Source: an uncultured Thermococci archaeon
GTDB taxonomy: Archaea; CAYQAE01; CAYVLA01
NCBI GenBank assembly: GCA_964549615.1
Contig: CAZJVP010000020.1
Span: 192,001-256,000, forward strand
Direction: 5' to 3'
DNA length: 64,000 nucleotides
Position 1 is the stretch's first letter. Each line of letters opens with the position of its first letter. The position numbers were made by a program, and so were the translations under genes. Of the stretch, positions 18,101 through 26,870 are shown piece after piece. The notes under the pieces were generated by a model. It had not been told where the DNA came from and ran no database searches. It worked only from the letters and a program-made list of their open reading frames with translations.

Positions 18101-19333
18101 TACGCGTACGACGACAGCCCCTTCGAAGGCAAGGTTCAGCTTAACGACACCCTTGCGCCAGTACACGAGATAGGGAAAAAAACTTACGGGGTCAAAGCAA
18201 TTGAAGATCCGAGGTATGGGCTTGCGACCTTCCGTTGCAATTCGGTGGACTGCGTATTCGACGAGGTGGAGATCGAGCTCAGCACCCCAAGGCATCGCAT
18301 CGATGTGGACGCGAACGCCCAGATAATCCCAGTCGCTCGCTATCAGTACGACAACACTAAGTTCTCTGGCTCCATCGTGTTGAACGACACCATCACTCGC
18401 TATCCCTATCCCTGCAAGAGGAGCTACACGGTAGCATCCATCGGAGACGCCCTGTATGGTCTCACAAAGTTCCGTTCGAACACAATTTCGGTCGTCTTCG
18501 ATCAGATCCAGGCGACGGTGACGGTGGAAGATCAGCGGATCGACGTAGGGTCGGAGGCTAATCTCACAGTTGCAGGAACGTACGCGTACGACGGATCGCC
18601 GTTCGTGGGATCGCTCCGCCTAAACGACACTCGCCTCTCCCAGGAAGAGGTTGGGAGGAGAGGATACACCGTCGCGTCCGTTAGAGACGATCTTTATGGC
18701 TTAGAGAGCTTCCGCTGCAACCAGGTCTACGTTATCTTCGATAAAGTGGGCATCATCCTTCAGGGACCTGCCCGCAGGGTCCAAGCAGGTAAGAATGCCA
18801 CAGTGGTTGCGCACGGAACATATTCCTACGACGGCCAGCCTTTCGTCGGATCGATCCACATCAACAAGCCGACCAAACAGGATTCGGTTGGCAAGATTTC
18901 CTACGGAGTCGAGGGCATCTCGGATGGCCTCTTTGGGCTCAGCATCTTCGATGCTAATCAGATCGAAGTTACCTTTGACTTGATAAGGGTGGAGCAAAGA
19001 CTATACTCGTGGATGCCGGGAAGGCTTAGGACAAGGGTGGAACTTCGGTATGAATCGGACATGTCCGCGGTCGAAGAGGCAAGGGTCACCGTCGGGCGGG
19101 TGCAGGCGATTAACTTGGGAATGGGCATCTACACGGCCCGCATCCCGGCTTGGAGTGCTGTTGTGAAGACCACCACGACCGTCGAACTTGACGGTTTCGA
19201 CCAAGTGGTTCTCGAAGTGAGAGCTGTAGCGGCCGGGACTATCGTCCTCATTGTCGTGCCCGTGCTCGTGGCAATCGTGGGAGGCCTCGCTCGTCTTCTG
19301 AAGGAGAGGAGGAGGACCCGGGAAAATCTCTGA
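15140..19333 (+). CDS. Large cell-surface protein: signal peptide, NosD/pectin-lyase-like beta-helix, about 10 tandem ~80-aa beta-rich repeats, C-terminal TM anchor
   Basis: ITVPDDFSTIAEAI..A..G..I.I.PGVYNE, PbH1-type N.I..N repeats, N.WD.G..GGNFW..D.NGDG.GDTPY.ID..N.DRYPL; C-terminal hydrophobic helix plus KERRR. Confidence 0.88.
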   Translation: MMRAPTFLALVLVSLLSSLSAAIAENAITVPDDFSTIAEAIAAATPGQIILIQPGVYNEKLSIDKGIMLRGLKPDETFIFSNEEPCTIWIGAAHVVLSGVTVMNYNVRTRGAVHANGSKYCTITGNRIIGGLYLTYCDDCRIEDNNILADPYRSTDGLGVILCQRVTIQGNTVSGFAIGLNLDRSGLCKLRHNQLCGNRRGMSVRAISIDTALHDIDRTNEVDGKPVYYFVNACNLVIEPSHFPKIGYLGIVASHNVFARDLSITGAAQGVLVAFSSNVFLDNLTLTDNDNGLNMFSTSDSEIRRSTLSRNNIGINAIRSDRITVVDNKIGPGDGCATGLNVQAGTLWTIRRNVIIGNYMQIRMYDCRYFVIRQNTVANGLRGPPSWNPGCGIELWYSQDNKICQNNWIGNPVHASIPVGSYANTWDDGLLGGGNFWDTHKVKDANGDGFGDTPYVIDLMNSDRYPLMKYYGWEDVEIDLSQASDTRCDLNSSQLVAFHARWKQSGLDLQGGTIYVNGTPYNTNSLGWLSFSCKFPECGKRSWKVTSVEYDGPRSYAQIAPSPSIVWDSVDIELRAIKERCDTGSQGLAWTARYRYDQAQFEGLIVLNDTCVQDQPGRYGYKVTEVVDEAYGLSVFESNEVSVVYDRVNLTLVPVDVRADVGTLVPVKCRGTYEYDGSPFNGTVGFLQVLSSDRVGAKESTAEWIVDPLYGLTAFCSNAALVIFDRVRITLFDDRIDVGSCTPLEWNGSYEYDGSPFRGEIELNDSPGSDEVCLKRFWVKRIKDPLYNLTAFTSNEASVVYDRVIINLTVSDDHIDVGRAADLKIAARYEFDGAAFDGLVFLNDTRIVLDAPGRRAFTASSITDFLYGLNEFKSNAAAVTWDRVRVLLSVERDRVDVGTAPEILAHAVYEYDHSPISGSVILNDTTQKQQLGLFAYTVREVRDEKYGLCEFSANCIRVIYDTVLLDMLISDPRIDIGTSPNITVSGRYAYDDSPFEGKVQLNDTLAPVHEIGKKTYGVKAIEDPRYGLATFRCNSVDCVFDEVEIELSTPRHRIDVDANAQIIPVARYQYDNTKFSGSIVLNDTITRYPYPCKRSYTVASIGDALYGLTKFRSNTISVVFDQIQATVTVEDQRIDVGSEANLTVAGTYAYDGSPFVGSLRLNDTRLSQEEVGRRGYTVASVRDDLYGLESFRCNQVYVIFDKVGIILQGPARRVQAGKNATVVAHGTYSYDGQPFVGSIHINKPTKQDSVGKISYGVEGISDGLFGLSIFDANQIEVTFDLIRVEQRLYSWMPGRLRTRVELRYESDMSAVEEARVTVGRVQAINLGMGIYTARIPAWSAVVKTTTTVELDGFDQVVLEVRAVAAGTIVLIVVPVLVAIVGGLARLLKERRRTRENL
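16560..18980 (+). repeat. Protein-level tandem repeat (~80 aa, about 10 copies)
   Basis: Consensus D.V.I.L....RIDVG......Y.YDGSPF.G...LNDT......Y.V..I.D.LYGL..F.SN...V.(F/Y) recurs through the C-terminal two-thirds of the ORF. Confidence 0.85.
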
Positions 19334-19357
19334 AACGCTCGCAATTCTGAAGAGCTG

Positions 19358-19600
19358 CTATCTTGACTTCAAAGACGCCTGTGAATCGACCCTGACAGGC
19401 TTGGAGCCGACCCTTGCGAGGGATTTGATAAGCTTCTCAGCTGGAAGCGGTCTAATTTCGACCGAAGGAAACTCTATGAATTGTACGCCGACGAGCTCCC
19501 TTCTAGCCTCGATCGCGCGCCCCGGAACCTCCGGAACGGATGCCACATAGGAATAACCCCTTGTCCTTCTGGACAACCACACTAGGTAGGTCTCACGCAC
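19358..19600 (-). pseudogene. Decayed hicB-hicA toxin-antitoxin remnant
   Basis: YVASVPEVPG and ELVGVQFIE resemble HicB; IRPLPAEKLIKSLARVG.KPVR resembles the HicA N-terminus. Both are fused, with internal deletions and a frameshift (VVVQKD in another frame). Confidence 0.55.
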
Positions 19601-19977
19601 CGTGGGTCATGGTGCTTGGCGATTCCAAGATAGTTTCCAGCGCACGGCGCACGTTTCGGGGAATCTTCCAGCAAGGAGCAGGCAGCCGTAGCACACCCGC
19701 TGCCAGAATACCTTGCTTGCCCCCGGACTAGGGTGCCTCGCGGCCAATCCAATATCGCATTCGAGATCTCACTGCCGAAATCCATCCATCAAAATCCCGC
19801 TAGATTAGCGACGCCGGCCTCCGCCTCATCACACAACCATATCAGGACTCAACACCCATGGCGCACCAAGCACCGCATGCCGGGGAGGAAACCGCCGATG
19901 CTGCTTGGCCCCTTGGAGCCGCCAAAGGAGACCATTTTTGACCACCAACAGTTGGCCAAGGACGAGGCGATCGGGCG

Positions 19978-21333
19978 TTGTCGCAACAGATTCCCCTAGG
20001 TGAAGCGGCCCTCGAGGTCATCCGGCAGGCGAAGAGCGAGGTCGACCCCAGGGTCCAGATATCCAAGAAGGAGTATCGACGCAGGTGGGAGATGGTCCAG
20101 CAGGCCATGCGGGACAGGGAGGTGGACCTGGCATACGCGTGCGGAAGCGAGTTGGACAGATCGGATGCCGCGTGGCTCGTGGGCGCATTCGACCCCATCA
20201 TCGAGCGCTACGGGGTGCTCGTCCCCTCGGAGGGACCGCCTGCGATACTTGCGGGGTCCGAGGGTGGCCACGTCATGGAGGAGGCGGCCGAGAGGTCCGG
20301 AGCAAGGATATACCTCCTCCGGGAGTTCCAGATATCGGATGAGGAGTATCGGCACGCGCAGTTCACAACCCTGGACGATGTCCTCTCCTGCCTGAACGCC
20401 GGTTCGGCGAAGAAGCTTGCCATCGTCTCAAGCCCGGATGTGCTGCCCTACTCTCAGTTCGAGATCTTCAGAAAGAGGTTTGGGGAGGGGGTCGTCTTCG
20501 ATCCGATCCTGCAGACGCTGAAATATGAGAAGAGCCTCCCTGAACTCCTGATATGCGGCCAGGCAAACATCATCGCCGACGCGGCGCTGCGGGCCATGCT
20601 TGCCTCCATCCAACCCGGGGTAAGCGAGCTTGAGGTAGCGGGGGTGGGCGATTTCGTGATGAAGGAGCTGGGGGCCGGAAGAACAGGCTTCCCCACAATC
20701 GTGACCGCTGGCGAGCGTAACTACACCGTCATCGGCCCGGCGACCAACAACAAGATCAGGAAGGGCGACATGATATCGTTGGGGGTCAGCCCCTGCTTCA
20801 ACGGGTACCACGGCGTTGTCAGGCGAACGGTCAAGGCAGGAGAGCTCACGAAGGAGGAGGACGAGTTCCTGAAGGCGGTGGAGGGCCTCTACCGCGTCGT
20901 GATGGACGCCACGATCGAGGCGGCAGGGCGTGACCTGCCCTCAAACCACATCGACCAGGCAGGCAAGGCTTACCTGTCAAAGCTCAAGCTTAGAACGATC
21001 TCGGGCAGTCTGGAGACCCCCATCGAGCCCTACACGTTCATCCACAACACGGGTTGCTCGGAGTGTCAGGAAGGTTACGGGGCGGTCACGCCGCACACGC
21101 AGGCCCCGCTTGGCCACAGGGTCGCCCTGATGATCGATGTCGCGCTGCTGGGCTTCAGGCGGAGGGGGGAGGCCCTCTTCCACGTGCCCTACGGAGTCGT
21201 CGAGGATGCCTTCTGGAAAATGGACAGCCGGGTTGGCGTCTACAACCGGCTCCCCCTCCGCGCCCAGGACCTGGTGGGCAATCTCTCCGACTACGAGGCG
21301 AACCCCTACCACTCCCCCGTCCCGGCCGGTTAG
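19978..21333 (+). CDS. M24 (creatinase/Xaa-Pro peptidase) family protein
   Basis: EY.RR...VQ.AM N-domain, KS..EL..A..IADAA, PGVSELEVA, IR.GDMI, NGY...RRT, H..G, VED. Confidence 0.8.
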   Translation: MSQQIPLGEAALEVIRQAKSEVDPRVQISKKEYRRRWEMVQQAMRDREVDLAYACGSELDRSDAAWLVGAFDPIIERYGVLVPSEGPPAILAGSEGGHVMEEAAERSGARIYLLREFQISDEEYRHAQFTTLDDVLSCLNAGSAKKLAIVSSPDVLPYSQFEIFRKRFGEGVVFDPILQTLKYEKSLPELLICGQANIIADAALRAMLASIQPGVSELEVAGVGDFVMKELGAGRTGFPTIVTAGERNYTVIGPATNNKIRKGDMISLGVSPCFNGYHGVVRRTVKAGELTKEEDEFLKAVEGLYRVVMDATIEAAGRDLPSNHIDQAGKAYLSKLKLRTISGSLETPIEPYTFIHNTGCSECQEGYGAVTPHTQAPLGHRVALMIDVALLGFRRRGEALFHVPYGVVEDAFWKMDSRVGVYNRLPLRAQDLVGNLSDYEANPYHSPVPAG

Positions 21334-22104
21334 CTAGACCAGCTCGTACGCATCGGGGCGGCGATCCGTGATGATGTGGTTGTGAGGGGTCACGCTCTTG
21401 TCGGCTGCCTCCGACGGATCGATCTCTACCACGCCCCACTCAACCCGGCGCCCTCCCGCAGACGCAAGCACCGTTCCTTTCGGGGAGATGATCTGGGACC
21501 TGCCGATGAAGCGTATGCCTCTCTCGTCCCCCACCCGGCTTGCAGTTACGATGAAGACTCGGTTCTCAATGGCCCGCGTGAAGGCGGCCTTCGGCCAGAA
21601 CGGCAGCACCAGGTTGGCCGGGTGGGCGATCACCTGCGCCCCCTTGAGCATGAGCGTCCGGCACGATTCGGGGAAGAACCAGTCAAAGCAGATCATCACC
21701 CCTACCGCGACGCGCCTGTAACGATGCACCGCGAACCGCGCGCCGGGCTCGAAAAGCGCCTTCTCCCTGCCGAAAAGGTGAACCTTGCGGTGAACCTCCA
21801 ACTTTGATGGGGTGATCAGCGCGGCCGAATTGTAGAACTTGCCCTCTGCCCTTTCTGCGAACCCAGCAACCGCGGCCATGCCCTTGGACTCGCACAGCAT
21901 CCGGAGCCTATCGATGGTGTATCCGCCTCGCGGCTGCTCTGCGACCACCTCCAGTTCCTGCCTGGTCAGGGCATAGCCGGTATTGAAGAGCTCCGGCAGG
22001 ACCACCAGGTCGGCGTCCAGACCGTCCAAGAGTGCGACTGCGTCCTCCACGTTTCGCTGGATCTGCATGATCCGCGGCCTGGTCTGAAGGTATCCTATCC
22101 TCAA
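21334..22104 (-). CDS. Carbon-nitrogen hydrolase (nitrilase superfamily)
   Basis: Glu-Lys-Cys triad: LVVLPELF, HRKVHLF, MICFDWFFPE; RAIENRVF. Confidence 0.93.
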   Translation of the reverse strand: MRIGYLQTRPRIMQIQRNVEDAVALLDGLDADLVVLPELFNTGYALTRQELEVVAEQPRGGYTIDRLRMLCESKGMAAVAGFAERAEGKFYNSAALITPSKLEVHRKVHLFGREKALFEPGARFAVHRYRRVAVGVMICFDWFFPESCRTLMLKGAQVIAHPANLVLPFWPKAAFTRAIENRVFIVTASRVGDERGIRFIGRSQIISPKGTVLASAGGRRVEWGVVEIDPSEAADKSVTPHNHIITDRRPDAYELV

Positions 22105-22207
22105 CGACGTTCACCGCCATCTAACTGAGCTGGCGCGACAGATAAACCCGGATCCCTCGACCCGGCTGCTCCGCCGACCCCGAAAACTGCCCTTGAGGGA
22201 CGCCAAT

Positions 22208-25051
22208 CTACCTCCAGACGATCCGGAGGCCCTCGACCCCGAGCGGCGTGCCGACGTAGCTGTCCGTCCACCCATGTGCATCCCGGAAGCTGTTGGGATT
22301 CACCCCTGTGAACTCGTCCTTCTTCCAGTGCCTCGGCCCAAGCAGGTTTCGCAGGCTATTGACCAATCGTATGGAGATCCGATTGACTCCCTTGGCGATA
22401 GCTTCGCCTGCATCGAGACGGTACTCCCGCCAGAAGACCTTGCCCAGTTCCTTGCCGTTGACGGCGAACTCCGAAACGATCGCGCCAAGCTCGTCGAACT
22501 CGATATAGGGCCTGCCGGCATGCGCTTGAATATCCACATCGGCCTCAAGCCGCATCGCCCCCGCGTAGAAGGGGTAGCCCGCCTTCCTCAGGTCGGATAA
22601 GTCCTCGCAGACGGGATCCTCGTCCTCAAGCAGGGGGATCCTTCGGCCGTCCACCCGCACCGCGAAGTCCCCGAGAAGGTACGCATCCTCGACGCTCAGG
22701 TCTGGGTCGTATCTAGCCCTGAGAACAACGACGTTCCTTCCGTGCACCACCCGACCGGAGATCGCCATTCTCTCGAAGCCCGGATCAAGCCACCAAAGGT
22801 GGGGGTCAAAATCCACCTTGCTCCCGTTCACGTAGACATCGAACCTGTGGCCGTCCTCGAGCACCAGATCCAACGACCCGGAATGCCTAGCCTCGAACTC
22901 ATATCGGACCTCGAACTCGTCGCCCGGGGAAAGCGAGCAGACCGCATCCTGGACCTGCCACACCGGCATCAGCCTGCTCCATCTCCCGCCCGGGACCCTC
23001 CACCGCGCGAAGTCCAACACGCACTGGTTGGGGCTTTCGCGCGATATCCTCCATCTCGCGCGGACGGGGGAAGCTGCAATGGGCTTTCCCATGGCGGCCC
23101 GGACGCCGCCTTCAGGCGATGCCTGCAGCCCCACGCCGAAGACGCGGCCCTCACCGCCAGCAAGGTCGATTACCGTCTTAGAGGGACATGACAACACACG
23201 GCCCGACGAGGTCTCAAGCTCCAAGACCTGCAGGTCAGTCCCGAAGTCGACCTCAAGCCGCATCGTCTCCTTGTAGTGCGTGTTCACAAGAAAGTAGATC
23301 TCGGCCCTTCCGATCCTCCTGCGGTGGATCAACAGGCGATCAAGAGGAGCCCCTGAAACCCAGGCGATGGATGGGGCACTCGAGAGGCTGGGCTTGATTG
23401 CAGAACAAACGGACGCTCTTTCGTTCTTCACCAAGGGAAGGGTTGACACGAAGGTGGCTAGCTCCGCGGATTCTTCCCCCTCGATCATGGAGGGTCGCTC
23501 CCCCACACAGATCACCGCGCCGCCGCCATCCGAGAACCGCTTAAGGAGCTCGAAGGTCGTCCTCTTCAGGCTGCCCATCGGGGGCAGTACGACGACCTTG
23601 TAGCGCGACTTCCCGACCGCAAGGACCCCGCCGCGTACGCTTGCATGCCTTGCCATGATGAACTCCTCCCCGTACTCGAAATCTATCTGGCTTGCCAGAA
23701 GGTGCTCGGTGACCGCCTTGAAGCCATCGAAGATACGCTCAACCCTGCTTGCGTCCGAGGGGCTGTACTCGCACCAAGCGCTGCCGATCGAGCTCAGCAC
23801 CAACACGTCGACGATCCTCCTCCCCTGGGAGAGAAGGTAGCTCAGCCTCGAGAAGTGATCCTCCACGAGCGAGTTGTAACCCCACCAGGGCTGGTGAGCC
23901 GAGAACGTAGGAGGGTAGTCCCTCTTCCTTGGGCCTCTCAGCGAGTAAAGCGAGAGGTGGTGGTTGAGGAAGTTTATGCCCAGCGCGTACTGCCAGTTCC
24001 CGATCCAGCGCCTGTCGTGGAAGCTTAAGCCCTGGCCAGCCACGCCGTAGGTCTCCGAAAGGGTCCTCTTCTTTCCAAGCTGCGATGCGACGGATGCCAC
24101 CTGCTTCTCCACCCACGGGTTGTGAAGGCCCCTCCCCAGGTGGTCGATGCCGGGGTAGTGCATGTACTCGTAGTGCTGCATGGCGCTGCCTACGCAGTGG
24201 ATCTGACCCAAAAAGGAGTCCTCCCACTCGTAGTGCCCCGTGTACTTGAGGCCGTTTTCCTCGCACCAGTCGTAGATCTGCTTGGAGTAGGCCTCTAGGA
24301 AGAGCCTGGTCACCGTGGAGAAGAAGTGGTACCGCACCTTCCTGTAAGGCCCAACATCGAAGAACAGGCTTGGCAGGTTGTCAAGGATCGAGTACCCATG
24401 ATCCTTCTCGAACTCGGCCGGCAGCCTGTCCGTCCAGGGGAGGGCCTTCAGACTGGAAAGGACGTGATGGGTAGCGTACTGGGGCTCGTCCGTGAAAACT
24501 CCAGGGATCGTCTTTCCGAACGCGCCTCCCACATGGACCTTGTAAAGCGCGTGAGTGGACTCCAGGAAGGCTTTGACGGCCTCTGGCTCCAACAGATCAG
24601 GCAGGCATCCCTGGTGCATGACCCTGACCGAGAAATGCCACCGCTGCATCCTTCCGCCAAGCGCGAGGCTTTCGGTTCGCAACGTCCCGGCGGGCGGCAG
24701 GCCCTCGGTCGCCTTTGAACACAGGAGGACCTTGGATCTGAAGCGAGGCCCGCGCTGCGAGACCTGGCCCCCGCCCTGGCCGCTCGGCCAGCCGTTCTCA
24801 TCGTAGATCCAGAATCGCCCTCCGAGTTCCCTGTACCTCTTAACGCAGGCGCGAACTAGGTTAAACCAGCGGTTTCCGAGATAGGGGGTGAGGAGCCCAA
24901 CCCTGGCATGGAAGAAAAGCCCGCCCCAGCCCTTCTCCAGAAAATCCTCCGCGACCTTGAGAAACCTTTCCTCCTCCAGATCATCGTTGACGGAGAGGAA
25001 TGGCACCGGCCTGTACTCAACGGGGGGATTCTTGAAATCCTCAATCCTCAT
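22208..25051 (-). CDS. Glycoside hydrolase, GH106 (alpha-L-rhamnosidase)-like
   Basis: FKNPP.EYRP.PF, H.R.GL.TPYL, WIYDE.GWPSG..GG, G.FTDEP, PGID.L, SE.YG, RKRD.PP, GYPFYAG C-terminal module. No signal peptide. Confidence 0.78.
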   Translation of the reverse strand: MRIEDFKNPPVEYRPVPFLSVNDDLEEERFLKVAEDFLEKGWGGLFFHARVGLLTPYLGNRWFNLVRACVKRYRELGGRFWIYDENGWPSGQGGGQVSQRGPRFRSKVLLCSKATEGLPPAGTLRTESLALGGRMQRWHFSVRVMHQGCLPDLLEPEAVKAFLESTHALYKVHVGGAFGKTIPGVFTDEPQYATHHVLSSLKALPWTDRLPAEFEKDHGYSILDNLPSLFFDVGPYRKVRYHFFSTVTRLFLEAYSKQIYDWCEENGLKYTGHYEWEDSFLGQIHCVGSAMQHYEYMHYPGIDHLGRGLHNPWVEKQVASVASQLGKKRTLSETYGVAGQGLSFHDRRWIGNWQYALGINFLNHHLSLYSLRGPRKRDYPPTFSAHQPWWGYNSLVEDHFSRLSYLLSQGRRIVDVLVLSSIGSAWCEYSPSDASRVERIFDGFKAVTEHLLASQIDFEYGEEFIMARHASVRGGVLAVGKSRYKVVVLPPMGSLKRTTFELLKRFSDGGGAVICVGERPSMIEGEESAELATFVSTLPLVKNERASVCSAIKPSLSSAPSIAWVSGAPLDRLLIHRRRIGRAEIYFLVNTHYKETMRLEVDFGTDLQVLELETSSGRVLSCPSKTVIDLAGGEGRVFGVGLQASPEGGVRAAMGKPIAASPVRARWRISRESPNQCVLDFARWRVPGGRWSRLMPVWQVQDAVCSLSPGDEFEVRYEFEARHSGSLDLVLEDGHRFDVYVNGSKVDFDPHLWWLDPGFERMAISGRVVHGRNVVVLRARYDPDLSVEDAYLLGDFAVRVDGRRIPLLEDEDPVCEDLSDLRKAGYPFYAGAMRLEADVDIQAHAGRPYIEFDELGAIVSEFAVNGKELGKVFWREYRLDAGEAIAKGVNRISIRLVNSLRNLLGPRHWKKDEFTGVNPNSFRDAHGWTDSYVGTPLGVEGLRIVWR

Positions 25052-25578
25052 GAAGACCCTCCCCGCGCAGACCTTTCAGGGCGCTGATAAATGGATGCAA
25101 CACCAGCATCCGTCCGGTCCATTGGAGCGCCCTGCGCCTCATTGGTCCCACCGCGGTCTCCGACGCCCCTTGAGGATGAAGGCCGGATGTGCGCTCGGTG
25201 CTACGTGTCCTTGACGACCAGCTCCCATTGCCAGTCTTCTATCGCTGTCCGGCACCGAGATCGAGAGGTACCTTATGCCCAGTAAGGATACTTCAGGTTG
25301 GCCGGCTCAGCTCCGACGCCGATCGACTCGCCCTTGAGGAAGCCTGTTCGGGTAGCCCGGGCAAGGAGGACTACGGGGGAACCAGCCAAAGCTTAAAGAT
25401 CCAGGCAGTTGGTTTTCACGCCTAAGGACGTATCCTTGGAGGGAAGCGCGTCCACTTCGGGCGCGTAGTCGCTTTGCCTCGGGCCTCAACCAATATTTAA
25501 AGCCGCAGCCGATGATCCCCAAGCAACGTCCTCGCATGGACGACGACGGAGACGAATAGTTCAGGGTGTATTGCGGCA

Positions 25579-25779
25579 ATGAGACTCAGCAAGATCGTCG
25601 TTTGGGAGTTTCTACTGGTCATCGCGTCCGTCCTGGTCTTCAGAAGCATCTGGACGCTACTGGACAGGATACCTGAGATGAACAGCGAGTCTGGGATATG
25701 GGCATCATTGATCGTAGGATCGTCAGTAACGTTCCTGGCGATCTACATGGTAAACAAGTGTGCCGAGCGTAAGGCCTAG
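25579..25779 (+). CDS. Small two-TM membrane protein
   Basis: 66 aa with two hydrophobic helices; an AT-rich TATTTAAA element lies upstream (about 25494). Confidence 0.65.
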   Translation: MRLSKIVVWEFLLVIASVLVFRSIWTLLDRIPEMNSESGIWASLIVGSSVTFLAIYMVNKCAERKA

Positions 25780-26479
25780 CGCGCAAGGCCAAGCGCTGCG
25801 TCTCCCCATGGGCGCGGAGCCCCGGTTCCCGCATGCGATGGACATCACCTTGCGCCGGGATGGCCTGTTCTTGTTGGAGAGGCGGGCGTCGTCTGAGAGG
25901 CGGCCCAGGATGGTGACCGCGTCCCGGACATCCGTGGGAGATATGCCATCGGTCACATGGTTTTCTGTCGGTGCCCGAGGGCTTGGCAAGCAGCTTGCTT
26001 CGGGGACCTGACCCCAAAAGCCAATTTGGCTTATGCACGGTCCGCGGGGTCCCAGGAGGGATACGGGCGATCATCGGGTATCTCCAACCCCGGGCCGTCG
26101 GAAGATCTCTCAAAGATTCAGATTCTTCAAAGCAACCCCCGCTTGGGTGGTCATCACATTCCCATGGGGTTCTGTCCGCCATCGATGGTTCTGGTGACCC
26201 GAGGGAAACCATCATCTTTCTTCCCACCACGCGATGTCGGTGAAAGCAGCCCTCATCGGTCTCCGCAGCGTTGCCATGCACATGGACCCTATGCCTACCG
26301 GCTGCGCAGAGTACGGGATCTGGCCCTGATCCCCTGTGTCCTTGCCGTCATCTCGGCGCCGGGCTACGCCAGGGGGAGAGCGAAATGACGTCAAGATGTC
26401 CTGCTCCCTTTTGGGCTCCATTCTGCCGACGATGTGCCTTTTCCCGGCTACTTCGCCGAGGACCGCAGCAGGCCGGACT

Positions 26480-26720
26480 CTACCAGGAGGGGAAGAAGAG
26501 GGTGGATCGCCTCCACTTCCCCGCGAACGGGCAGGTTCTCATGGAGAAGTTCGACATCTTCTTCGTCTGCGATCCAAGTTGGACCACTTCACAGGCGGGC
26601 AGTTCGGAGATCTTGATCGGGTCGGGGAGGGCGAAATGCCCGTCTCTCTGGTCCTTCGGCCCGTCGTACACCACCGTTGCATTCTCCCTACCGGGCGAAA
26701 GGCTGTCCGCATCGGAATAC
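26480..26720 (+). pseudogene. Decayed fragment of the GATase-like membrane protein family
   Basis: KKRVDRLHFPANGQVLMEKFDIFFVCDP aligns by eye with ARYMRLYMPKSYDDLVANKDLVHLAG of 639..1859. Flanking translation is non-protein-like. Confidence 0.35.
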
Positions 26721-26870
26721 ACCGTTCCCTACGATAGGCGGCACGCATTCCGCAAAGACAAGGACCCGGCCTTGAGCCCGTTCGTCCCACGTTCATCCCA
26801 CCAACGAAGCGGGACCACTCCACTCTCGGCACTCTCGGAAAACGATTATATGGCACAATGTGCGAGGAGG

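Noticed and set aside
14818-19977. Integrated element at the initiator tRNA
   Set aside because: No integrase and no downstream duplicate of the tRNA 3' end was seen by eye; reported only as a possible islet.
26184-26213. GATGGTT...AACCATC hairpin as a riboswitch or ncRNA
   Set aside because: Single short stem with no recognisable riboswitch consensus.
26271-26870. 200-aa N-terminal part of the 601-aa ORF
   Set aside because: Mostly non-protein-like; an SD motif and TM segment indicate the real start at 26871.
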